A program made the translations under genes and the position numbers. This document shows positions 19,288-29,223 of a stretch of 64,000 nucleotides of DNA, one piece after another. Source of the stretch: Bryobacterales bacterium (GTDB lineage Bacteria; Acidobacteriota; Terriglobia; Bryobacterales; UBA6623); assembly GCA_965238125.1 (NCBI GenBank), contig OZ250179.1, positions 2,918,723-2,982,722 on the forward strand, read 5' to 3'. The notes beneath the pieces are model-generated. The model made no database searches. It saw nothing but the letters and a program-made list of their open reading frames with translations, and was not told the DNA's origin. How positions within the stretch are numbered: the stretch's first letter is position 1; each line of letters begins with the position of its first letter.

Positions 19288-19345
19288 AGCCGCGAAGCGG
19301 CGGCAGGATCATAGCCTAGGGTGGAGCCGAAGGCGGAACCCTAGG
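19288..19345 (+). repeat. Long REP-like element (AGCCGCGAAGCGGCGGCAGG..TAGCCTAGGGTGGAGCCGAAGGCGGAACCCTAGG)
   Basis: Related copies at 20446-20492 (+), 43080-43137 (-) and a partial copy at 42780-42806 (-). Confidence 0.75.
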
Positions 19346-19389
19346 TAAGCCCGAAACAGAGTTGAGCCCTGAAAGGGCGGCAGGAAATC

Positions 19390-19530
19390 ATGGCGCAAAC
19401 GTACACCGAATCTTGGTCCACGTCGTGTTCTCGACGAAGGACCGGGCTCCCTTGCTCAAGGAGCCGGTTCGTCCCCGGTTGTTCGCGTACCTCGGCGGGG
19501 TTGTGCGAAGCCTCGGCGGGAAGCCAGTGG
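19390..19530 (+). pseudogene. IS200/IS605-type (Y1, RAYT-like) transposase N-terminal fragment
   Basis: MAQTYT / (R)ILVHVVFSTKDRAPLLKEPVRPRLFAYLGGVVRSLGGKP, with a frameshift after codon 6. HxVFSTK is diagnostic. Confidence 0.8.
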
Positions 19531-20082
19531 GGGGAGATCGGGGACAGCTCCCGAACTGAGGCCGAGCCGGTTTGACAAGCCCGGTATCCTGAGCATGGCA
19601 GCTGCGAACTCTAGACCGGCAGCGGCGGGCCAAGAACAAGAAAAAGAACCGACGAGCGGCCCGACAAGTTCTACGAAACGAAGCCAATTCTCGAAGACAG
19701 TCCTGCTACCATGTCACACTATATCAACACTTTAGGAGACGCCCGACAAACCGTGCAGCCGGGCTCACAGAGGGATCTTCGCCAAACCGGCACCCCGAGC
19801 CCGCCGGTCGCAATCCGGCGGCCATGCTCCCGCCGCCGCACCAAGAACTCCCGGCTTCCGCCCGGCCCCGCCCCTCGATCGAAGCTGTCGAAACCGAAGA
19901 GCTCCCGACCCAACAAATTCAACCAAACAAACCGAATTTCCAGCGAAGCAGGAAAGGCCTCACACGCCATATCAACAACTTAGCCCCAAAACATCCCGGC
20001 TCCGAGCAGGCCGGCTCCGAGCAACCTGGGGCCGCCAGACCTCGGCCCACTCCCCACTCCCCGCTCCGAGCTCCAGCCGGAG
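19529..20082 (+). repeat. ~550-bp dispersed repeat, copy A
   Basis: Near-identical inverted copy at 42217-42765. Confidence 0.85.
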
Positions 20083-20504
20083 ATTCGGATCAAGGTCCCG
20101 GACCTCCCGTTCCGGTTTTTGACTGTCTTGCTCGAGCGGCCCGGTGAAGTGGTCCGACCAAAGCGCTTTTCGGCCGGCGAGCCGGCCGACGGTTGAGTAT
20201 TTCGACGCCTCCTTGGCCTATCCTCCGGCCTGGACCGCCACACCGCAAAACCGGGCGTTTTGCCATATGGCAAGAAGGTAAGGCTGAAGAACGAAGCCTG
20301 TCATCCGCCTTGCCTCGTCACCGACACCCATTTTCATGGCGGTATTAGGAACGCCAACGTTCAGAGAGACGGACTCTTCCGAAAATCCCCTTTTTCGAAT
20401 GTACTGTATATTCCGTTTGCGCTCGGCGCCATCGCGAACGACTACAGCCGCGAAGCGGCGGCGGGAATATAGCCTAGGGTGGAGCCGAAGGCGCGCGTAA
20501 CGCG

Positions 20505-22064
20505 CTACAGCACAGGGCCTTGTCGCCAGGTAATGAATTCGCGGTGCCCCATCGCTTCGCTGAAGGTCTTGCGTCCCGAGGCAACTTCCAACGCAAAACG
20601 GTACATGGCCGTTCCGACGCCCTCCACCGTGTCGTCGCCGTCGGCGATGACTCCGGCATTGACGTCCATGTCTTCTTCCATGTAATTGCCCATCTTCGAA
20701 TTCGAAGCGACCTTGATTACCGGGATTGTCGGGAACCCGAAGCAACTGCCCCGGCCGGTCGTAAAGAAGCAAACATTGCAACCGCCGGCCGCCATGCCGG
20801 TCACCGAAGGCGGATCGTATCCGGGCGTGTTCATGAAAACGAAGCCGGTTTTGTCGATACGCTCGGCATAGTCGTAAACAGCAGTCAGGTTCGAAGTTCC
20901 GCCCTTGGCGATGGCCCCGAGCGATTTTTCAACGATATTGGTGAGCCCGCCCGCGCGGTTACCGGGCGAGGGGTTGCTGTCGAAGGTGGGAGCGTTCGGG
21001 AACCCGGCAACGTAGTTCTGATACCACTCAACCATGCGAAGCAAGTCTTCGCCGACGCCCTTGTCGGCGGCACGGCGGGTCAATAGGTGCTCGGCGCCGC
21101 AGATCTCGGTGGTCTCGGCCAAGCAAACCGTCCCGCCTTGCTTCACCAGCAGATCGGAAAAATAGCCCACGGCCGGGTTGGCGGTGACGCCGGAAAAGGC
21201 GTCTGAACCGCCGCATTCGAGCGCGGCGACCAGCTTCGACGAGGGGCACTCCACCCGCTCCAGACGACCGACTTGTTCGATGAGTTCCCAGACAGCCTTG
21301 ACGCTGTCTTGGACGGCCTGGCGAGTCCCGCCGCTCTCCTGCAAAGTGAATCCTCGGCGCGGGGCTCGCCCGTTGGCGTCTTCCGGACGGGTGAAGTAGC
21401 TGATCTGATTCACTTCACAACCGAGGCCGATGACGACCGCGGCGGCGACGTTGGGGTGATCGGCGACGCCGTCGAGTGTCCGACGAAGGACCTGCATGTC
21501 GGGGCCTTCGGCCTGCCCGCATCCGTCGGCGTGAGCGAAACACACGACGCCGTCGATGCCGATGTCGTCGAACGACTCGTCCCGAAAAGCGGCTTCGACT
21601 TTCTGGACCGCATGGGCCGAGCAGTTGCTCGCGCCCACGATCGCGATGTAATTGCGAGTGCCGACCCGCCCGTCGGCGCGGGGATAACCCAGGAAGGTTT
21701 GCTCGGCCAACAGCGGTACGTCGGAAAGATCGTTCAATGTCGTGGCGAACTCAAATTGCTGATCGGCGGGATCAAAATCCAAATTGTGGACGTGGACCAA
21801 ATCGCCGACGTGAATATCGCCCGACGCCGTGCCGATGTTTTCGCCGTACTTGACCACGATCGACCCCTGTGTAATTTCCGCGACGGCTACTTTGTGCCCG
21901 GCGGCGACCGCCCGTGAAATCGTCATTTCACGATCTTCAAACGTAACCACCGATCCCGCTGAGAGCGACACACGGGCGACGACGACGTTGTCGTTGCGAT
22001 GAAGGCGGATAAGCGGGTTATCGGTATTGATGATGCTGTCTACCGTGACAAGGGGCATAAGCAT
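20505..22064 (-). CDS. UxaA/GarD-family sugar-acid dehydratase (altronate/galactarate) with N-terminal SAF domain
   Basis: LIRLHRNDNVVVA, GHKVA, VKYGENIG, VHVHN, GRVGTRNYIA, HADGCG, LECGGSDAFSGVTANPAVG, FTTGRG. Start refined to Met35/37 of the ORF-track ORF. Confidence 0.92.
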   Translation of the reverse strand: MLMPLVTVDSIINTDNPLIRLHRNDNVVVARVSLSAGSVVTFEDREMTISRAVAAGHKVAVAEITQGSIVVKYGENIGTASGDIHVGDLVHVHNLDFDPADQQFEFATTLNDLSDVPLLAEQTFLGYPRADGRVGTRNYIAIVGASNCSAHAVQKVEAAFRDESFDDIGIDGVVCFAHADGCGQAEGPDMQVLRRTLDGVADHPNVAAAVVIGLGCEVNQISYFTRPEDANGRAPRRGFTLQESGGTRQAVQDSVKAVWELIEQVGRLERVECPSSKLVAALECGGSDAFSGVTANPAVGYFSDLLVKQGGTVCLAETTEICGAEHLLTRRAADKGVGEDLLRMVEWYQNYVAGFPNAPTFDSNPSPGNRAGGLTNIVEKSLGAIAKGGTSNLTAVYDYAERIDKTGFVFMNTPGYDPPSVTGMAAGGCNVCFFTTGRGSCFGFPTIPVIKVASNSKMGNYMEEDMDVNAGVIADGDDTVEGVGTAMYRFALEVASGRKTFSEAMGHREFITWRQGPVL

Positions 22065-22101
22065 TCCTATATCGTCGGGGGACGAGTCGACAAGAGCGCG
22101 A

Positions 22102-22584
22102 TTAGTGTTCCTCGGCCGAGGCCTTGACGCCGCCCACGACGCGGCCCACTTCCATAAGAAGCGCAATCTCTTGTTCGGAAAAGGCGCGTTCGGCTTCGGT
22201 GGCGATTCCCAGAGCGCCCACCGCCTTGCCTTGGGCCGTTACCGGGACGCAAATCGACCCCCGCACGCCGGTCTGTTTGGCGCCCGGCCGCGCCGTGCCG
22301 CTTTGATTGGTCTGCAAGTTGCAAAGGTCAACCGGTTCATTCCGCTCAACAGCCAAACCCGCGATTCCCTTTCCGACCGGAATCATGCGAATAACCGGCA
22401 ACAGCTCGTCGGGAATACTTCCGGCCCACGCTTTCAGGTGGAGCAGGCCGTCCGGGCCGAGACTGTGAAGTGTTCCCGTATCGGCCTCGAAGTGGTCCAG
22501 CGTTAAGCGCAGGAGAACATCGGGCTCGCCCGCGGCATCACGCACCTGAGCAAGGAAAGCTTCCCCGGCTGTCACAGGTCGCAC
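22102..22584 (-). CDS. GAF domain-containing protein
   Basis: IPVGKGIAGLAVERNEPVDLCNL, GSICVPV, VGALGIA. Confidence 0.85.
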   Translation of the reverse strand: MRPVTAGEAFLAQVRDAAGEPDVLLRLTLDHFEADTGTLHSLGPDGLLHLKAWAGSIPDELLPVIRMIPVGKGIAGLAVERNEPVDLCNLQTNQSGTARPGAKQTGVRGSICVPVTAQGKAVGALGIATEAERAFSEQEIALLMEVGRVVGGVKASAEEH

Positions 22585-22656
22585 TTCATTCTCCCAAACT
22601 GCCCGTTGCGTGACAAGAAGAGGGAGGAGACATCGGAAGGGCCTTTCCGCGCAACG

Positions 22657-23802
22657 CTATGCCGGCAGCTCCACGACCTTGCCGGTTGCCGCCGAGCGGT
22701 AGGCGGCCAGCATCACCTCACTCGCGTGGGCGGCGGCGGCGGCGGCTACGGCGGCGTCTTTTTCTTGTTCCAAGCAATCGAGAAAGAGGCTCTGGTCCGA
22801 CTGGGCGGGGATGTTTTGCGGCGTATGCCAGTCGGTTCTCGATCCGGCTTGGGCACGCTCCATGGTGCTGCTCCAAAAGCCCATCGGATCGAGCGGGTCG
22901 CGTGGCGGCGGCTCCCAGTCGGGGCGGTCGGAAGCAATATCCCAGTGGGGGGCGTGCCCGTCGATCAAGACGCTGCCTTCGCTGCCGTAGAGCCTGGTCA
23001 GGTTCGGGCCGGACGACCGGTACGAACGCCAGCCGATGCGGCTCGCAATCAGGGTTGCCGTGATGCCGCCTTCGAGCGTGAGCGCCAGGGCGCCGAAGTC
23101 CTCGATGTCGCGTCCCTGGTGTTCTTCAAAGAAGTAGTTTGCCGTCGTGGCGTAGACGGAGTGAAACTTGCGTCCCGTCAAATAGCGCATCAACGTGAGC
23201 GAATAGACGGCTGTGGTCCAAATTTCGCGCTTGGCGTCGGGGAAGGTGAACCCGCGCGGAGGGTAGTGCTCGCGGCGGGGTTTGCCCAACGCGACCCCCC
23301 TCGCATAGCCCTTGGCGAAGAGCAGGTCGCAGTGGATGGCCCGCAAATCCCCCAACCGGCCCGAGTCGACGATTCGCTTGGCGCGTTGGGCGTAGGGCTG
23401 TCCGACTTGGGTAAACATCTGGCTACGAACGCCGGCCTTCTCGATGGCATCAACCAGCCGGCGGGCGTCGTCGACCGTGGTAGCCATGGGTTTGTCCACG
23501 TAAAGGTGCTTGCCGGCCCGGACGCATTTTTCCGAAACCCTCGCGCGGCGTTCGAATTCCGAGCAGACCGAAACAGCGTGGACGTCTTTGCGTTCGAGGG
23601 CGGCGTCGAGATCGGGCAGCAGCGGGACGCCGAGCGCTTCGGCGAGCTCGCGGTTGAGGCGGGCGCGGCGTTCGTCGACGTCGGCCTCGTCGGCCAGCCC
23701 GACGACGCGGCAGCGCGGGTCGGCCTGAAAACCTTTCGAGTAGCCCTCTTGGTGGGTCATGCCGCCGGTGACGAGCAGGACGCCGAAGGGAGGTTTAGCC
23801 AT
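22657..23802 (-). CDS. Gfo/Idh/MocA-family oxidoreductase
   Basis: DVHAVSVCS, AGKHLYVDKPMATT, IEDFGALAL. Confidence 0.88.
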   Translation of the reverse strand: MAKPPFGVLLVTGGMTHQEGYSKGFQADPRCRVVGLADEADVDERRARLNRELAEALGVPLLPDLDAALERKDVHAVSVCSEFERRARVSEKCVRAGKHLYVDKPMATTVDDARRLVDAIEKAGVRSQMFTQVGQPYAQRAKRIVDSGRLGDLRAIHCDLLFAKGYARGVALGKPRREHYPPRGFTFPDAKREIWTTAVYSLTLMRYLTGRKFHSVYATTANYFFEEHQGRDIEDFGALALTLEGGITATLIASRIGWRSYRSSGPNLTRLYGSEGSVLIDGHAPHWDIASDRPDWEPPPRDPLDPMGFWSSTMERAQAGSRTDWHTPQNIPAQSDQSLFLDCLEQEKDAAVAAAAAAHASEVMLAAYRSAATGKVVELPA

Positions 23803-23844
23803 GGCGGCCTCCGAGCGCGGGGCGGCGAGAACCTTCCAAGCCCC

Positions 23845-24312
23845 TCACGATGCCGGCGCTCCTTTGCGTAACGAGTCTTCGATGAAGGCGGCCATGCGTT
23901 GTTGGTCCGCGTTGTTCGAAACGCCTAGGTCGACGGCAAGCCCGTCGCTTCCCGGGCGGTCGCTGAACTGCATCGTGCCGTGATTTCCTATGAGCAGCAG
24001 GGTGACCGAAGGCCCCTCGGCGCCGCCGCGCGCGAGGTCGGAACTCAGAACCGCTGTCCCGCCGTTGGGGAAGGTCGCCAGCACACTCACCGATCCCTGC
24101 TCGACGCCGCCTTGGGCGTAGACGGTCGGCCCCCGGCTGCCGAACCACGTTTCGGCCATCGCCACCGCCGCCGCCAGGGTGGGAATCAGCAGACCGTGAT
24201 CGTCGGCGATTTGAAAGTAGCCACGCAGGGCGACGGGTTCTCCGACCGCTTGCTCGGCGAGTTTCGCGCCTAGTGAGTCGGTCAGCCAGTCGATGTACGC
24301 CACGCGGACCAC
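23845..24312 (-). CDS. Hypothetical protein resembling a stand-alone Gfo/Idh/MocA C-terminal domain
   Basis: VGEPVALR...SVSVLATFPNGGTAVLSS...SVTLLLIGNHGTMQF; start uncertain (GTG at 24312 chosen). Confidence 0.5.
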   Translation of the reverse strand: MVRVAYIDWLTDSLGAKLAEQAVGEPVALRGYFQIADDHGLLIPTLAAAVAMAETWFGSRGPTVYAQGGVEQGSVSVLATFPNGGTAVLSSDLARGGAEGPSVTLLLIGNHGTMQFSDRPGSDGLAVDLGVSNNADQQRMAAFIEDSLRKGAPAS

Positions 24313-24469
24313 CTTATCAAGACGGCGGCGGAAGAACAAGGAGTGGCTGCCGGCGAATGCGGTTGGCCGCGGGCATGGGGCGTGGAACATCTCGGCGGGA
24401 ATGCAGAACCGAGCGCCGGAGGCGGCCACCGCGTCTTTGTCAAGCCGGGCATTGATACGATGGGCGGAC

Positions 24470-25573
24470 ATGCTGAAGTATCGTATCGCGGTGCTGTCGG
24501 GTGACGGCATCGGGCCTGAAGTGATTGGGGAGTCTTTGCGGGTGCTGGATGCGGTGGGCTCGCGGCTTGACGACGTTTCGTTCGAGATTCAGGAATTTTC
24601 CGCCGGAGCCGCCGAATTCCTTCGCTCGGGGGACCCCTTCCCCGAAGAGACGTTCGAAGAAGTCAAGGCCCGCGACGCGGTGCTTTTGGGGGCGATGGGA
24701 CTGCCGAGCGTGCGCGGGCCGGGCGGGATCGAGATCGCGCCGCAGCTCGACTTGCGCGAACGGCTTGACCTCTATTGCGGACTGCGGCCCGTCAAGCTCT
24801 ACCACGAGAGTCTGACGCCGCTTCGGGGTTACAAGCCGGGCGGGCTGGACCTGTTGATGGTTCGCGAGAATACCGAAGGGCTGTTTTGGAGCCGCAAGCA
24901 AAGCTTTTCTCTCGATGACGATGAAGTACTCGATGAAATGCGCATTTCGCGAGTGGGATCGGAGCGACTGTTTCGAGCCGCTTTTCGCGAGGCTCGGCGG
25001 CGCGCCGAGGCGCGAGCGGGGCAGCGACCCGCGAAGCTCACGCTGATTGACAAGTCAAACGTTTTACCGTCGATGGCCTACTTCAGGCAAATCTTCGATG
25101 AGGTCGCCGGGGAGTTTGGCGATGTGGAGACCGAGCGCGTCTATGTGGACGCGGCGGCGCTGTTCTTGGTGCGGCGTCCGAAGGATTTCGACGTTCTGGT
25201 GACGGAAAATCTCTTCGGGGACATTCTGTCGGACCTGACGGCGGGGTTGGTCGGCGGGATGGGGCTGGCGCCATCGGCCGACTTGGGAGACAAGCACGGG
25301 ATGTTTCAACCGGCCCACGGATCGGCTCCCGACATCGCGGGGCGGGGCATCGCTAACCCGGTGGCGGCGATTTTGTCGGTTGCGATGATGCTCGATTGGT
25401 TCGATCATCCCGAGACGCGGCGGGCGGCCGCGGCGATCGAAGAGGCCGTGGCGAAAACGTTGGCCGACCCCGAGGCGCGGACACCCGACCTCGGCGGGCC
25501 ACTAAAGACCGCCGAGATGACCGACCGGGTCATCGCCGAGTTGGGCGAGGCGGAATCTCACGCCGGCTTCTGA
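24470..25573 (+). CDS. Isocitrate/isopropylmalate/tartrate dehydrogenase family protein
   Basis: IAVLSGDGIGPEV, VRENTEG, IDKSNV, TENLFGDILSD, HGSAPDIAGRGIANP. Confidence 0.92.
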   Translation: MLKYRIAVLSGDGIGPEVIGESLRVLDAVGSRLDDVSFEIQEFSAGAAEFLRSGDPFPEETFEEVKARDAVLLGAMGLPSVRGPGGIEIAPQLDLRERLDLYCGLRPVKLYHESLTPLRGYKPGGLDLLMVRENTEGLFWSRKQSFSLDDDEVLDEMRISRVGSERLFRAAFREARRRAEARAGQRPAKLTLIDKSNVLPSMAYFRQIFDEVAGEFGDVETERVYVDAAALFLVRRPKDFDVLVTENLFGDILSDLTAGLVGGMGLAPSADLGDKHGMFQPAHGSAPDIAGRGIANPVAAILSVAMMLDWFDHPETRRAAAAIEEAVAKTLADPEARTPDLGGPLKTAEMTDRVIAELGEAESHAGF

Positions 25574-25609
25574 CTTTTGTCGTGCGAGCCGCCCGGCGGA
25601 AGGTTCCAG

Positions 25610-25799
25610 CCCGCTTTTCTCACCGCGTGGCGAGGCAAAGTGCATGAAAGGTCCGTCAGTACGAGGCGCGCGCCGCTTGGCGCCAATTTCTTAAGCAGAG
25701 GGGCGTACTTGAACAGTACGGTGAGCACGGCGAGCAAGCGCAACGAAGTAATGGCGGGCCTATCGTGTGCTTTGCTCGTCAGGCGGTGAGAAATGCGGG
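25610..25799. mobile_element. 190-bp MITE with ~37-46-bp imperfect terminal inverted repeats
   Basis: CCCGCTTTTCTCACCGCGTGGCGAGGCAAAGTGCATGA pairs with the right end (TCGTGTGCTTTGCTCGTCAGGCGGTGAGAAATGCGGG). The right end is 37/37 identical (reverse complement) to 63963-63999. Confidence 0.8.
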
Positions 25800-25901
25800 C
25801 TGGAACCTGCCGTGACGGTTTGGTGAGGGAAGTCTTTGTTTCCCGCCGGCCGATTTTCGGTATAGAATTGGACAGGCCGTTGGGTCCTGCCGAGGCGCTG
25901 C

Positions 25902-27821
25902 GTGGTTTGTTCTACCCTCTCACACGACAGGATCACCGAAAGACTCGGTGAAAGCGGGATGGGTGCCTATTGCAACGCTGAGGATGAACGGCTCATCTCC
26001 AAACCGCAGCGGCGATTCGGCCGGACAGCCCTCGTTGTCTGCGTCGCTTTGATTCCGTCCATGCAGACAGTTGGCGCGGCGGACGGTGCGCCATCGATCG
26101 AGTGGGTCGACGATCTCAGCGCGATCGGCGCGGCCGATTGGAACTACGAACGAGCGGCCCACCTTATCGAACGCTCCGGCTTCGGGGCCACACCCGACGA
26201 GATTCGGCGACTCGCCGCGATGTCTCCAAGCCAGGCCGTGAAGCGGATCGTCGACTACGAATCGATCGATGCCTCCGCCCTCGCCGACTTTGACGAATCG
26301 GGCATGTGGGACCCGGGCATGGATCCGTTTCCCCCGAGCCGCGCCGAGGCGGTCCGCATCGCGCGCGAAAAAGGCTCGGCGATGGGCGCCGACGTACTGC
26401 CGGAAGGCTCTTCGCGTCGGATTCAGCCGGTCGTGGACAAGTTCTTCTACGGGCTGCGGGCCGATGTTCTCGAGACTCGACGGTTGGCGTTGTGGTGGGC
26501 CGAACGAATGATGAAGACGCCGCGGCCGCTCGAAGAGAAGATGACCTTCTTCTGGCACGGCCACTTCGCGACCTCCGAGGTGAAAGTGCGGGACTATCGC
26601 ATGCTGCTTGCGCAGAACCGCATGCTGCGCTCGCGAGCAACCGGCAACTTCCGTGATCTCCTGCTCGGAATCATGCGCGACCCGGCGATGCTCGTCTATC
26701 TCGATAACGGGAAAAACGTGAAAGAACACCCCAACGAAAACTTCGGGCGCGAGCTTCTCGAACTTTTCACCATGGGCGTCGGCAACTACACCGAGAAGGA
26801 CATCCGCGAGGCGTCGCGCGCTTTCACCGGGTGGACCAACGACGTTCTCGATTTCCGCTTCGACTCCGATCAGCACGACGCCGGCCCGAAGAAATTTCTC
26901 GGCCGCGAGGGGAATTTCGACGGCGAGGAGATCGTCGACATCATCCTGGCTCAGCCCGGAACGGCGGAGTTCATGGCGGCCAAGCTCTACCGTTTTTTCG
27001 TGCGGGAGCGGATTTCCGATTCGTCGCGCGCGGCGCTGGGCAAAGTGCTTCGCGACACGAACTACGAGCTGAAGCCGCTGCTGAAGGTCATCTTCCTCTC
27101 TCGAGATTTCTACAGCCCGCCGTCGGTCGCGACGCAGATCAAGAGCCCGGTGCAACTGTTTGTCTCCACCTACAGAAAGCTGGGCCTCGCGAAGACACCG
27201 ACAGCACCGGACTTCAATGATCTAACGGGTCGGTTGGGACAGTTGTTGTTCTACCCGCCGAACGTCGCCGGATGGTCAGGCGGCCGAACCTGGATCACGC
27301 CGGCGACATTGCTCGAGCGCGGCAACGCCATGCGCGGCGTTCTGTTCCCGCCGGCTTTGACCGACTATGGGCATCCGGATCGTCGAATGCCGGGGATTTA
27401 TCAAAGGGTGGCCGAGCGCCTCGCGCAGGGCATGAACATCACCAACGCCACTCGCGCGGGAGACTCCGCAGTCAGCATGATGGCGGATGCCGACGAAGAC
27501 TACAACACGCGCTATGGCGGCTACCGCGGCTACGTGCTGGCCTTCAAGCGGATCAAGCTCGTACCTCGTCATTCCGCCGACTTCGATCTTTCGTCCATGA
27601 TCCTCTCGACCGGGGCGAGGACGGCGGCCGCGGCGGTCGATAACCTGCTGTTGCGATTCTTGCGGGCGCCGCTCGACGTCGAGGATCGGCAAGCACTCAT
27701 CACGTTTCTCGAGGACCGGCTTGAATCATCGATGATTAAAAACGATTCCGAGGACTTGGAGGATGCTTTGCGGAGCGTTCTCTACCTCGTCCTGAGCTCT
27801 CCCGAATATCAACTGGGGTGA
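25902..27821 (+). CDS. DUF1800 domain-containing protein
   Basis: AAHLIERSGFG, PLEEKMTFFWHGHFATS, DPAMLVYLDN, NENFGRELLELFTMG, SPEYQL. The true start is probably downstream of 25902. Confidence 0.92.
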   Translation: MVCSTLSHDRITERLGESGMGAYCNAEDERLISKPQRRFGRTALVVCVALIPSMQTVGAADGAPSIEWVDDLSAIGAADWNYERAAHLIERSGFGATPDEIRRLAAMSPSQAVKRIVDYESIDASALADFDESGMWDPGMDPFPPSRAEAVRIAREKGSAMGADVLPEGSSRRIQPVVDKFFYGLRADVLETRRLALWWAERMMKTPRPLEEKMTFFWHGHFATSEVKVRDYRMLLAQNRMLRSRATGNFRDLLLGIMRDPAMLVYLDNGKNVKEHPNENFGRELLELFTMGVGNYTEKDIREASRAFTGWTNDVLDFRFDSDQHDAGPKKFLGREGNFDGEEIVDIILAQPGTAEFMAAKLYRFFVRERISDSSRAALGKVLRDTNYELKPLLKVIFLSRDFYSPPSVATQIKSPVQLFVSTYRKLGLAKTPTAPDFNDLTGRLGQLLFYPPNVAGWSGGRTWITPATLLERGNAMRGVLFPPALTDYGHPDRRMPGIYQRVAERLAQGMNITNATRAGDSAVSMMADADEDYNTRYGGYRGYVLAFKRIKLVPRHSADFDLSSMILSTGARTAAAAVDNLLLRFLRAPLDVEDRQALITFLEDRLESSMIKNDSEDLEDALRSVLYLVLSSPEYQLG

Positions 27822-27825
27822 CGAC

Positions 27826-29070
27826 ATGAAGCACGATCAACTCGTCCGCGGCCGCTCACGCCGCGAATTCCTACGCGAGAGCCTTTACGGAATCGGCGTT
27901 ACCGCCGGTTTGCCGCTGGTGCTCGCCCGTACGTCGCGAGCGCTCGCGGCCGGGGACCGGGAGAAGCACGCCGAGCGCATTCTCGTCGTAGTGGAGTTGT
28001 CCGGAGGTAACGACGGGCTGAATACGGTTGTGCCGTATCGCGACGACGAGTATTACCGAGTTCGTCCGGTTCTAGCAATCCCAAAAAACAAGGCGATCAA
28101 AATCACCGACGAGGCGGGCTTCCATCCCTCTCTGGTGGGATTCGAGCGGCTCTACAAAGACGGCCACATGGCGGTGGTCGAGGGTTGCGGTTACCCCAAC
28201 CCCAGCCTCTCGCACTTTTCCTCAATGGGCTTTTGGCACACCGGCGTGCCGAACGGCGGAGAGACGCTCGGCTGGGTCGGTCGCCTCGCCGACAGCCATA
28301 CTCCGAAGGAAACGGCCAACGCGATCATCAACATCGGCAGCTCGCAATCACTCGCGGTGCGGAGCGAGGTGCATTCACCGCTTGTCTTCGACAATCCATC
28401 GCAGCTTCGCCGTGAGGGAACTGAAGCCGAAAGAGCCGCGTTGCGGGGTTTCAGCCGCGAGCGCGAGACGGCGAACCCCGCGCTCGATTTCCTCCGCTCG
28501 ACCGCCGGCAACGCCGCCCAAAGCGGCGCCCTGGTGCGCGACGCGTGGGCCTCCTACAACACGCCGGTCGACTACGGTATCGGCGGCGGACTCGCGGCCG
28601 ACCTGCGCAAGGTGGCGGCGTTGATGGCCGCGGACCTGCCGACTCGGATCTACTACGTCGGCTACCGCGGCAACGCCTTCGACACCCACGTGCATCAAGC
28701 CGACCTCCACAGCCGCCTGCTAATGTACACCGCCGACGCCGTCAACGGTTTCATGCAGGACCTCGAACGCATCGGTCGCGGCAACGACGTGGCGGTGATG
28801 ATGTTCACCGAGTTCGGCCGCCGCGTCGAAGAGAACGCCGGCCGCGGGACGGACCACGGCACGGCGGGCCCGATGTTCGTCGTCGGCAAGGGCGTTCAAG
28901 GCGGCTTCTACGGCACGCCCCCAAGCCTGACGGGCCTCGACGACGGCAACCTCAAGATGACCACCGACTTCCGCCGCGTCTACGCAACGCTGATCGCCGA
29001 GTGGATGGGCTACCCGGACACGGCGGTAATCCTGAAGGGCGATTTCGCCCCGCTTGGGATCTTCTCGTAG
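27826..29070 (+). CDS. DUF1501 domain-containing protein (Tat signal)
   Basis: SRREFL, LVVVELSGGNDGLNTV, FDTH, TEFGRR, GTDHG, DFRRVYAT. Confidence 0.92.
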   Translation: MKHDQLVRGRSRREFLRESLYGIGVTAGLPLVLARTSRALAAGDREKHAERILVVVELSGGNDGLNTVVPYRDDEYYRVRPVLAIPKNKAIKITDEAGFHPSLVGFERLYKDGHMAVVEGCGYPNPSLSHFSSMGFWHTGVPNGGETLGWVGRLADSHTPKETANAIINIGSSQSLAVRSEVHSPLVFDNPSQLRREGTEAERAALRGFSRERETANPALDFLRSTAGNAAQSGALVRDAWASYNTPVDYGIGGGLAADLRKVAALMAADLPTRIYYVGYRGNAFDTHVHQADLHSRLLMYTADAVNGFMQDLERIGRGNDVAVMMFTEFGRRVEENAGRGTDHGTAGPMFVVGKGVQGGFYGTPPSLTGLDDGNLKMTTDFRRVYATLIAEWMGYPDTAVILKGDFAPLGIFS

Positions 29071-29223
29071 AAGAGTCGTTCGTCGTCAACGGGCCCACAT
29101 AATCAGCTCCGCCGCGGGCCGAGACAAACCGCCTCCCCACCACCGAAAATCTCTTGCGCCGGAGCCGGCCCACGCTCTACACTGGTCGTGGCGGCGCGGC
29201 AAACCGCCAACAAGGAAACAACC

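Noticed and set aside
17162-20154. Possible DGR template/variable repeat pair
   Set aside because: Mismatches are mostly synonymous and not adenine-specific, and there is no reverse transcriptase.
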